Source: a virus
Taxonomy: Duplodnaviria; Caudoviricetes
Virus record (IMG/VR): IMGVR_UViG_3300050121_000298
Coordinates: 615 to 64,614 of that record
Length of the DNA: 64,000 bases
Reading direction: 5' to 3' (one strand)
Part shown: one piece after another, positions 56,901-64,000 of the stretch
Position numbering within the stretch: the first letter of the stretch is position 1
How the letters are laid out: each line of letters starts with the position of its first letter
Position numbers and translations under genes: made by a program
Notes under the pieces: model-generated
Database searches by the model: none
The model's input: only the letters and a program-made list of their open reading frames with translations
What the model was told of the DNA's origin: nothing

Positions 56901-59643
56901 TAGGAAATACCTTTGGAGAAACCGGTATCTGAATGATGTTATCCAGTTGTCCATACTGATTTGCATATGCCAGTTTCAAAGCGCCATAGTAGGCGCTGGT
57001 CTGAGTGATGACTTCGTTGTGAGTAGGTTCAGCATAGTTGCCCATGTCAGCCAGTCTCACACGAGAGTTGTCTTGCGTGTCGGGTTCTACGATGTCACCA
57101 TCTACGTGAAGAGCAACATATTCCCCTCTGAAAAGGTTGTTGACCCGGTAGTCACCGTCAAAATCCTGTAGGAAAGAGTTGATGTATTTCCCTGTCTTCA
57201 CTGTCCTGCGGGTATTGTCTTGTGTTACGGGAGAGAAGTATTTATAGAAACCATGAGCATTGTACTGCAGGGCATATTGCCTAAGAGGCCCGAAAGAATA
57301 GATCGTGTCCAGAGTAGTACTTAATCCCAATGCTCCGTAGTAGACAGCACCAGCAGCAGCCATAGCGATACCGGCTAAAGTAGTCATAGGTGTTTGAACG
57401 ATAGCATTTATAGTATCACCTATAGCTGAGGCTGTTCCCGCTTCTCTCGAAGAAGATGAAGTCTTATCAGCTCCCGCAAAAATGATACTCGCTTTAGCTG
57501 TGTATGAACCTGTTGTAGTAGTCTTCCCAATGGCCGAAATGATCGCTACTCCTGTTCCGATAACACAAGCAAACACGAAACTAGTGTCTGTGATAACACG
57601 GTGCTTCGGATGCTTGTATGGGAACTCGAACTTACCTACTACCTCACCTATTTCTTCTGTATAAAGTTTCACACTACAAGCAGAGAGATATGGCTTCTTA
57701 AAGGTCGTATCAGGAGAGTGAAAAGAGTAGTAGTCTTTCTTATACATCTCAGGTGCTTCGTCTTCATTACCGTTACCGTCACCACCCCTGGATAAAGTAT
57801 TTCTCAGGAGTTTATTTGGTCTAAGGTCATTAAAGGGGAAGTTCTGATAAAGTCCTTTACGTCCTGTTTTCGTAGTAGTTAAAGAGTCAGAACCTGTTGT
57901 GACAAGATTAGATACTTCTTGTGCGGTCCGCTCGGTAGGATTTTCTGTGCCAGTATTCTTTGTTGCAGCACTCTGTAAGCTGGCATCAAGTTCTTTGGTG
58001 AAGTCATAAGGATCTGCGATAGAACCGTCTTCGTTATGGTCTATAATGTCATATTCCCAAAGGTTGTTAAACATACCCTTTGCGATGATAGACTTGTTTC
58101 CCTCACGTGAACCACGTAGTATCTCATAGCCTATGATATCTTTTCGAGGGTCACCGTTCTGATCAAGAGGGTGAGTGATACCTGAGAATTCTACACCCAA
58201 TATAATGATGTTATTACCACCCTGATCGTGAATATGTGTCATGGCGTTATCCGGAAATTTATGATGACGGATATTTTTACCACAGTTCTCTCCCCATATC
58301 AGAGGTTCATCATCCGGGTATCTCTCACTCGATTCCCAATAGGACATATTCCCTCTTGCGATAATCGTACCTCCGTCATCTAAAAGTCCGTTGGCCGAGA
58401 CTCTAGTAGCGGTGTTGTAAGACTGCCACTGTTTGTTTTCATCAGGCAACACGTCTTTTCCGTATACATGAGAGAGATCGCTCCCTACAGCCTTTCTACC
58501 TGTTATATGAAATGAGGCACTTACCTGCGCCGTATTGTGAATCCACTTTATAGAGAATGCGTATACTTCATCGCGCATATAGGAAGGATTATTTCCTCCA
58601 TTGACATAGTAGTCTTGAGGGTAACTCACGGCCACCCATTTTGCCGTGATCTTATTGGCTTGTGGCTGGTAGTTAAAGTCGGGATGAGAGGTGACACCGG
58701 TACGGATAAGATACCCGTTGATGTTATAGATACCGTCACTCTTAGGATATACACTCGAAGCCACAAAGATCTGTTCCAGTGGAACGGTGATCCATGCCTG
58801 ATCGATATAACCTATGTTTACTTTTGTCTGTCTGGTAGAATAGAAACCTATCCTTCTAGCAACGGTCTGGTTGTTGATGACAGAGATGATGACAAGTTCA
58901 AACTCCTGATAGGTACTATCTATCTGATAGATGTCGATATCCAACGCTCCACCACCATTTTGCTCTGACCATAGAGGTTGAACATTGCTCAGGTTATAGT
59001 AGTCCGTGGCACGGATGCCATCGACACTATATGCCATAATAGCCTGATAACTACCGTTAAGTAGTTGACCTGTGCCTTTAGACTTGCTAACAAAGCATAC
59101 TGGAGTCACCACGTTACCTTGAAGTTTGATCTTCTCTGTGTCGAGGGTATTGGTATATTCGGGGACAAAACACGAGGGATCAGAAGAGAGATTCTTACCG
59201 GTTGTCATATAGGGGATCTCGTCAAGGTTTAAGAACCTGTCGGGATTGTTTCCATCTTGCCAGTAGACAGAATAAGAACCGTCCTGATTTCTTCTTGAGA
59301 CACCGGTGATTAAATATTTTGCGGAGAAGTTTAGTCCTTTATCGTTTATAACTTTCTGATAGGTATCCAGTTTCTCACTGAATATTCCTATCTCACTGCC
59401 CGTCTCATTACAAGAGAATACGATCCACTCGTTGTTGATCTTCTGCACTACTCCCATGACGGTATAATCCAGTGTGGCGATCAGGGTGTTGGCCTGTTCA
59501 TTACCCAGATCACCATAGTCTCCGTTATGACTTCTGTTGATTGCATTACGGGCATGTGTCCAGCATCCTTCGGATATCCCATAAGAGTCTATATCTTTCA
59601 CCATGCCCTTAGTGAACATGTTTACATTATCTTGTTTAGTCAT
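53911..59643 (-). CDS. Tail stabilisation (muzzle) protein
   Basis: 1910 aa beta-rich; F.KGM.KD, YWQDG.NP.R.LN, YMRDEVYAF, YWES.E.YP, IRHHKFP, FGGDVYI, WTVSY; position after ring proteins as in crAss-like tails. Confidence 0.82.
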   Translation of the reverse strand: MTKQDNVNMFTKGMVKDIDSYGISEGCWTHARNAINRSHNGDYGDLGNEQANTLIATLDYTVMGVVQKINNEWIVFSCNETGSEIGIFSEKLDTYQKVINDKGLNFSAKYLITGVSRRNQDGSYSVYWQDGNNPDRFLNLDEIPYMTTGKNLSSDPSCFVPEYTNTLDTEKIKLQGNVVTPVCFVSKSKGTGQLLNGSYQAIMAYSVDGIRATDYYNLSNVQPLWSEQNGGGALDIDIYQIDSTYQEFELVIISVINNQTVARRIGFYSTRQTKVNIGYIDQAWITVPLEQIFVASSVYPKSDGIYNINGYLIRTGVTSHPDFNYQPQANKITAKWVAVSYPQDYYVNGGNNPSYMRDEVYAFSIKWIHNTAQVSASFHITGRKAVGSDLSHVYGKDVLPDENKQWQSYNTATRVSANGLLDDGGTIIARGNMSYWESSERYPDDEPLIWGENCGKNIRHHKFPDNAMTHIHDQGGNNIIILGVEFSGITHPLDQNGDPRKDIIGYEILRGSREGNKSIIAKGMFNNLWEYDIIDHNEDGSIADPYDFTKELDASLQSAATKNTGTENPTERTAQEVSNLVTTGSDSLTTTKTGRKGLYQNFPFNDLRPNKLLRNTLSRGGDGNGNEDEAPEMYKKDYYSFHSPDTTFKKPYLSACSVKLYTEEIGEVVGKFEFPYKHPKHRVITDTSFVFACVIGTGVAIISAIGKTTTTGSYTAKASIIFAGADKTSSSSREAGTASAIGDTINAIVQTPMTTLAGIAMAAAGAVYYGALGLSTTLDTIYSFGPLRQYALQYNAHGFYKYFSPVTQDNTRRTVKTGKYINSFLQDFDGDYRVNNLFRGEYVALHVDGDIVEPDTQDNSRVRLADMGNYAEPTHNEVITQTSAYYGALKLAYANQYGQLDNIIQIPVSPKVFPTNPDTKLYSTGTLFGGDVYINRYTEKNPYMFFNTWLSGEVDDTEFNYKNYINGPYPRYWADLDKFDMGDLSIKLKFSLKSPISINSPANMHHFDRGSNSGLFFVKNAYFYLTCNGVRDFFVESDMNLAFREQGLEQYQKHYADNNRDISMMFRSDLITRGNYCKYDESLSISKLFSNYISFATPLPKYFDPADPKSFQSYFPTRAVYSLRQVAGLRKDNWKIYLANNYFDFKGIVTSMKSLPSGGAIILFEKEDPMSFIGNDTLKTDAGTKITIGDGGLFQQSLQSLSNAEEEFHVGSCQSKFSAVNTPMGLFYISQENKKIFQFQGGFKDISEQGMKYWFEKYLPSRLLTQFPDYKYPDNPVMGVGCQTVYDPTYDIVYFSKRDFKVKPGVLYDPEIGFYIKTSDPDTIIQPADIITKVTRPNKKVVTPVADVITTIEVPPIEEITYPNPFNVLSCNSGYELKDDMCVKTMYSDPTSEATKTTVMAVKFSAYGTYGTAIYNTYLSNGTGDYVMINPTNLFWKSGEDNGPVNRLSIWGVDAPDLTWIGFTTSICLAEEKTVYIALAADNRFRVTLDGSLLFSSDSLAMQANHSSSDTTITFKMLHIYPVLLSAGSHLLKVEGYNEGLVACFAAEIYDNTALEIAAATSYADLTVLFTTRGQTEIGVTEYTCPTGYTQSVNADCTAPSCSRVQSDAPIVTIDQGDPVTIYIPQDPIVVVTPQDPIITYVPQDPIITTFHPKPITVHHDNLKVELGDPVYFQDCSWTVSYDAKSSMWLAYHDWVPGLVMHSPAHFITIKDNKLWRHNVRTDLFCNFYGKDYPFEVEIPSGTGLDINTLRSVEYMLENFIYKNEGRDKMIVPDYNFDRSIIYNTIQNSGVLRLSCKPKNLPGKMLTKSSDVNGTDILYSLEEEKYRFNQFDDISENYGEFVPNTFPMWNTDENGYTKTINPRFINYKKPVSQRKKFRHYTNFVWLRKTVSNNVKMLLKMFVTKQLQSPR

Positions 59644-60749
59644 TAGATAAACATGTTATAGTATCGGTGGTACATTGCTTTACGGTTCATCTCCTGTTTC
59701 TTCTGAAATTCCTTGAAGTCAGGTGTTCTGACAAAAGATAAGGCTGCTGTCTTGGCAGTATCAAGTTTAACCGCAATGAGTTGCATCTTGCGTTCCAGAT
59801 TGGGTTCGCCATTCAGGAACATGTTCTCAAAGATGGTGTCCTTGAATTGGTATTCATAGTAGTCGTTGACAAATTCATGATCCAGTACCAAAAGTCGTCC
59901 TCTCTCGTCTTCCATCAGAGAGACATATTCCATGTAGACTGTCCCGTCTTGGAAGTTAGCATGAAGAAAATTGTCTTTGATACTGACCGAATACTTACCA
60001 TTGACATTCAAGTTGGGACAATCGGGTAACACCTTTACGTGTCTGACAAAATTCAAAGGGACAAGTCTCTTATACCTATGTTGCTTCCGGGAGTCCGTGT
60101 ATCTTACCTCGGGATGATTAGGCGTATCAAGACTCAAATGGACAGCATTACTACCCAGTCCATCTTGTACATTACCAATGATCGTCATCTGAACATCAGA
60201 GATAGGTACCAAACCGTCATAGGTGAAGTGTATCTCGTTATCGTTAGGAGTAGTGAAGTCTGTAGTGAGAAGAGTACCACTTGAAGTCCTGAGTTGTATC
60301 ACCACATTGGTTGTCTTTAGGGTGTGTTTAACTACATTCAGTCCAGGAGAAATAGTGATTACAAGGTTTTGTTGACGCATGGTATTTTGACCCATCATGC
60401 CATAGACCAACTTGATCCCCTGTGCCACGACATTAGCCATCAGACTTCCAAAATCTTCTCTGGTATCGGTTGTCTTCACATCAGAGATATCGGTAGAACT
60501 TTTGTCGGTACATAAAACAGCAAATGAGACAGATGAGAAGTCATAAGGAAGTTTTCCTATTCCGCGATCTATCTCCACCAGTACCGTCTTACGGGGATTG
60601 ACCTTGACACCCAGTTGTCTATTGATGAACAGTGCTCTTTTGATAAGTTGCTGCGCTTCTATCTGATTCTCGACGTCTATGCCTGGCAGGTCTATCTTGA
60701 CACTATCGAGTAGTTCATCGAAGGTTCTATATTTAAGTTCTTTCTTCAT
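59643..60749 (-). CDS. Tail tubular (ring) protein
   Basis: YRTFDELL.SV..D, LPYDF, I..NF.DG.VY.EY.....DE.G.LLV.DH; adjacent to the muzzle gene. Confidence 0.7.
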   Translation of the reverse strand: MKKELKYRTFDELLDSVKIDLPGIDVENQIEAQQLIKRALFINRQLGVKVNPRKTVLVEIDRGIGKLPYDFSSVSFAVLCTDKSSTDISDVKTTDTREDFGSLMANVVAQGIKLVYGMMGQNTMRQQNLVITISPGLNVVKHTLKTTNVVIQLRTSSGTLLTTDFTTPNDNEIHFTYDGLVPISDVQMTIIGNVQDGLGSNAVHLSLDTPNHPEVRYTDSRKQHRYKRLVPLNFVRHVKVLPDCPNLNVNGKYSVSIKDNFLHANFQDGTVYMEYVSLMEDERGRLLVLDHEFVNDYYEYQFKDTIFENMFLNGEPNLERKMQLIAVKLDTAKTAALSFVRTPDFKEFQKKQEMNRKAMYHRYYNMFI

Positions 60750-60751
60750 GA

Positions 60752-61423
60752 TTATCTGAGTATGTTACGTTTATCTTCTTGTGTGTCTGTTGGGATACTG
60801 ACAAGAGGACTCATCTCATTGCGCACTTGTGTCTCGATCTCTCCTAAAAGATAATCGGGAATATTACTGGCGATGTCTAGTTTACTGAGACAGTCGTCCG
60901 TAGAGTCATCGTTAAAGTTGGTGATATCCTCATTAAAGGCAGCATCTATTCGTACCAGTTCCCATTCTATATTAGGGAAATAGAAATAACCATCTTCCCA
61001 CCAGTAGTACTTGTTCGTGTTATACTTAAAAGTCGATTGCTTGATCATCTTCTCGTAAGTACCACGTGTGATAGGGATTATCTGTGTGACGCCGTCTATT
61101 GAAGTAATACTACGTACCAAGGGACCCCAGTAGCCGGTCATCATCGTCGGGAGAATGAGAACGTTTCTTCTGATCGTGTGACCACTTGTCAGAAACGAAC
61201 AGTTCGCCTGTACCTTGTCGATCTCTTCCAGTTCTACTTTATGCAAGACCTGAAAGACGCTGTTCATCTTCATGATCTTGTTAGAGGAGTCCTGTCTGCG
61301 TATGATCCAGGCTGCGTGTTTCTTTACAATGGAGTAGATGTACCTACTTGTGAGAAAGGCGTCTTGCTTTGACCCTTTGAATGTGTTGCGTATACGGGAT
61401 ACGATTTCGCCTATCTTTGCCAT
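60752..61423 (-). CDS. Tail ring/adaptor structural protein
   Basis: IGEIVSRIRN..K....D, YYW.EDGYFYFPN, IP.D..ED; lies between IHF-like and tubular genes. Confidence 0.65.
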   Translation of the reverse strand: MAKIGEIVSRIRNTFKGSKQDAFLTSRYIYSIVKKHAAWIIRRQDSSNKIMKMNSVFQVLHKVELEEIDKVQANCSFLTSGHTIRRNVLILPTMMTGYWGPLVRSITSIDGVTQIIPITRGTYEKMIKQSTFKYNTNKYYWWEDGYFYFPNIEWELVRIDAAFNEDITNFNDDSTDDCLSKLDIASNIPDYLLGEIETQVRNEMSPLVSIPTDTQEDKRNILR

Positions 61424-61424
61424 C

Positions 61425-62000
61425 TTAGTCTAAATCAAATTCGTTATAGTTCTCTATGTTTATTTCTTTTTGATGATCAATTTGTACGAAGTTCTTACGG
61501 AACAAAGTGGACACATTCTGAATCTTGTCTAACTCTATGTATTTCTTCCACTGAGAAGGATATGTCTTAGCTACGGTACGTTTAAAGATCCTTGTGGCAG
61601 TGAGACCCCAAAGGTCACTATTGGCAAACTGATTCTTGAGTAATTTATTGACATAAAATATCTTGGCTACCCTGCCATCTGTCTCCCAGTTCTTATGTAT
61701 GATAGCACTTTCAAGTGTCTGTGACTTCTTAAAATCCAGGTTCTTATCTTCTTTGCATAATGTAGAACAGATGAAAATGTTTCCCAGTTGTACCGGGAGT
61801 TCTATGCCATCACGGTTGCCGATCACGGTATTCCAACATGTCTCGTTAAAGGTAAGAACGACTTTACGTAGTTCATCATCAGATAATACCCCTACATTTA
61901 TCCTACTACGTAACCCTGCATAATACTCTTTATTCAGTGTCGCAGTAACCACTTGTCTGTATCTTGGGGCCTTTAGATTTGGTTTTTTGGTTGTCGTCAT
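61425..62000 (-). CDS. IHF/HU-like DNA-binding protein (crAss-like)
   Basis: V..FNE..W..VI.NRDGIELP.QLG.I.I matches the IHF/HU core; ATG at 62000 preferred. Confidence 0.65.
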   Translation of the reverse strand: MTTTKKPNLKAPRYRQVVTATLNKEYYAGLRSRINVGVLSDDELRKVVLTFNETCWNTVIGNRDGIELPVQLGNIFICSTLCKEDKNLDFKKSQTLESAIIHKNWETDGRVAKIFYVNKLLKNQFANSDLWGLTATRIFKRTVAKTYPSQWKKYIELDKIQNVSTLFRKNFVQIDHQKEINIENYNEFDLD

Positions 62001-62004
62001 AAAG

Positions 62005-62025
62005 TGTAGTCTACAATAGAATTTA
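62005..62025 (-). promoter_or_regulatory. Putative promoter of the virion operon with palindromic operator
   Basis: TGTAG-T-CTACA palindrome 62005-62015; TAAATTCT on the - strand at 62018-62025. Confidence 0.5.
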
Positions 62026-62112
62026 CTAAAAAATCCCGACACTACCTATAAATAATTGTACATCACTGCTTTTTAAACACAAAAAACTGCGAATCTCATC
62101 GAGGGCATTCGT

Positions 62113-62367
62113 GAGAATGATAATTACCTAGAGTTTTCTGTAAAAGATACCGGCATAGGTATTTCAGAAAACAAACAACAGGTTATATTTGAACGATTCA
62201 TGCAGACTAATGTTTCTCAAACCAGGCAATTTGAAGGTTTAGGATTAGGCCTCTCCATCGCGAAAGCTTATGCGGAAATGCTTGGAGGCAAGATTTGGGT
62301 AGAAAGCGAACTTGGAAAAGGTTCAACATTCTATTTTACCATTCCGTATAATGCTAAACCGGAATAA
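62113..62367 (+). pseudogene. Histidine kinase HATPase_c fragment
   Basis: My translation: LEFSVKDTGIGISENKQQVIFERFMQ...EGLGLGLSIAKAYAEMLGGKIWVESELGKGSTFYFTIP; no start codon or HisKA domain; stop before any receiver domain. Confidence 0.85.
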
Positions 62368-62478
62368 AAAACAATCAGTAAAAATATTATTTTCAGTGAT
62401 GAAGAAGAGCATCAACTGATAAAATAAATCACTACTATTGACAAGCATTTAATGAAATAGAACTAAAAGTATAATATT

Positions 62479-62905
62479 ATGGAAAACCTGGAAAAAATTA
62501 ATTTGGACCGATGAATTATCAATTGGTAATACAGACATTGACACTGTGCATAAAAGCCTGGTTGATATTTACAACGATTTGATTGAATACGTTGAATCAA
62601 AAAGAAATCGTATAGAGTTTGCAATGATTCTATCAAAAATGACAGATTATAGTTTGGTTCACTTTAAAAAAGAAGAAGAATACATGCAAAAATTCTCTTA
62701 TCCTGAATTAACTAAACATAGAAGACTTCATAAAGACTATATTTATAAAGTTGCGATGTATAATGCTGATTTATTAGGGATTAATCCACCTGAAATAAAA
62801 GAGGTAATTAATTTTATAGGTAATTGGTGGGTCGATCATATATTAAAAATTGATAAAAAATACGAAGATTACAAGAAAGAAATTCATTCTGATGTGAAGT
62901 ACTGA
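62479..62905 (+). pseudogene. Bacteriohemerythrin with apparent frameshift near the 5' end
   Basis: WTDELSIGNTDIDTVHK, HFKKEE, HRRLH, WWVDHILKIDKKY; ATG 62479 is out of frame by one base (AATTTGGACC), either mutation or sequencing error. Confidence 0.75.
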
Positions 62906-63103
62906 AAATATTGGATATGTTTTCGGGTTCTGCGTCAATTTAAGTAATGTTTAACTGGACTTATTGTATCACTTAACTTTTGGGTATACAAAAGAGAACA
63001 GGTTTGTAACAATGAAAAATACCGGATTAAGTTGCATCCTAATAATCAGTGTTGTTTTACGTGTGGTGAGGATTGCAAACGGACTTTTTACATCCATTAT
63101 GAG

Positions 63104-63157
63104 GGTTCATCCAAAATAAATGTGCGGTTCATCCAAAAAAGGAGGGTGTTCATACAA
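63104..63157 (+). repeat. Three GTTCATmCAA direct repeats with 21-22 bp spacing (LytTR-type site-like)
   Basis: GTTCAT at 63105, 63127 and 63148. Confidence 0.5.
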
Positions 63158-63300
63158 TAAGTCGAATTTTACTTGCTTTTTTAATATAGGTAGTTGACCT
63201 TTACGATGTATCTTTATGAAGTGTCACATTCCTATAATATGGCTGAGGATATTTTTTAAACCGGAAAAACCTAACAGCCACCAATTTAAGAAGTTTATAT

Positions 63301-63505
63301 CAATGTCGTTTAGTTAAGAAAATTTCATAATCGTTTGTAATTCATCGAGTAATTTCGCTTAGGGATTTTATGTCGAGGAACACTTCGCCCCGGACGGATA
63401 ATTTCCCTTGTTTTTTGCACAATCTGGTCAAAGGCTTCGAGTGCCTTATCAAATTGCTTTCTGATCATTACTGCCATCAGAATTTCCTGGGTCATTGAAA
63501 GTGCA
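63301..63505 (-). mobile_element. IS4-family element right-end remnant
   Basis: Transposase-like C-terminus ...EIIRPGRSVPRHKIPKRNYSMNYKRL (63325-63505) followed by terminal IR-like CAATGTCGTTTAGTTAAG (63301-63318); the rest is missing. Confidence 0.7.
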
Positions 63506-64000
63506 TTAAGTACTCTTTCTTTTTTGCCCATCGTGGGCATTGCTTTCTAATTTGGATACCTTATCTGAGAGTTCGTTTATCTTATCCGTCAGCAGTGCTA
63601 TGATATCTTTTCTGGTTTCTATTTCCGATTCTGCATGTTCGAGTGCTTTCTCTGTCGCCTTAAGTGTATTATTAAGAGCTGAACAATTTGGACATAGCCC
63701 TAGTGGTTTATTTTCATTATGATGTATCTGTTCGGGGATAGAATTACCCCTAATCATTTCACCACTTCCGGTAATAAGCCAATCATAATTTATGTGTTTG
63801 CATTTTGCAAATATAAGTGGATAATCAATGGAATTTCTTTTCTTCCAAGATGAAAGTGTACTGTTATCAATACCTAAAAAGAGAGATAATTTCGTATCTG
63901 TTGATATATTAAGTGCTAATTTTACACGATTTAAAATAAAATTTGCATTATGTGAACTTATTATTTGCATATTTGCATTATGTAAACTTATTATTTGCAT
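63506..64000 (-). CDS. Phage CI-repressor-like HTH protein with C-terminal coiled coil; start at or near the window edge
   Basis: ILNRVK.ALNISTDTKLS.FLGI..STLSSWKKRNSIDY...INYDWLITGSGEM. Confidence 0.8.
   Translation of the reverse strand: MQIISLHNANMQIISSHNANFILNRVKLALNISTDTKLSLFLGIDNSTLSSWKKRNSIDYPLIFAKCKHINYDWLITGSGEMIRGNSIPEQIHHNENKPLGLCPNCSALNNTLKATEKALEHAESEIETRKDIIALLTDKINELSDKVSKLESNAHDGQKRKST
63941..64000. repeat. 30-bp tandem duplication at the repressor 5' end
   Basis: ATTTGCATTATGTrAACTTATTATTTGCAT at 63941-63970 and 63971-64000, one mismatch. Confidence 0.85.

Larger units (their letters stand above)
2388..62100. mobile_element. Integrated crAss-like (Crassvirales-type) prophage or prophage-derived element with no recognisable head/packaging genes or integrase in the window
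   Basis: Replication module, giant virion RNAP, muzzle, ring and IHF-like genes in crAss-like order; bounded by a tRNA fragment on the left and decayed bacterial genes on the right; right end approximate. Confidence 0.85.

Noticed and set aside
2841-62000. Stop-codon reassignment as in some gut crAss-like phages
   Set aside because: Very long ORFs are intact in code 11, and TAG and TGA end genes at sensible places (e.g. 23764, 53288, 6698, 10948)
24476-62000. Many short + strand ORFs antisense to the virion genes
   Set aside because: Shadow ORFs of long coding frames with no motifs or expression signals
62095-62115. Second att copy at the right junction (- strand GAATGCCCTCGAT versus GAGTCCCTTCGAG)
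   Set aside because: Only 9 of 13 bases match and no tRNA arm structure; compatible with chance

Overview
About 60 kb of this window (c. 2.39-62.1 kb) is a crAss-like (Crassvirales-type) phage genome segment embedded in Bacteroidota chromosomal DNA. The left flank has an M3/Dcp peptidase, a truncated GH28-like gene and the 3' half of a tRNA-Arg(CCG) with att-like features. The + strand carries a replication/recombination module: SF2 helicase, a UDG homologue with altered catalytic motifs, DnaB, Sak4-like ATPase, SSB, primase, RusA-like resolvase, PD-(D/E)XK exonuclease and family B DNA polymerase. The - strand carries a virion module: IHF-like protein, tail ring proteins, muzzle/tail stabilisation protein, several large cargo proteins including a 3736-aa virion RNA polymerase (DLDID motif), endolysin, tail fibre and holin/spanin genes. 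The phage ORFs look intact, yet no terminase, portal, major capsid protein or integrase can be recognised. The virion operon starts just left of decayed host DNA (histidine kinase fragment, frameshifted hemerythrin, IS4 end, CI-like repressor). The most notable candidate is therefore a chromosomally integrated, apparently head-less crAss-like element. All product calls come from reading motifs by eye; no database searches were run.
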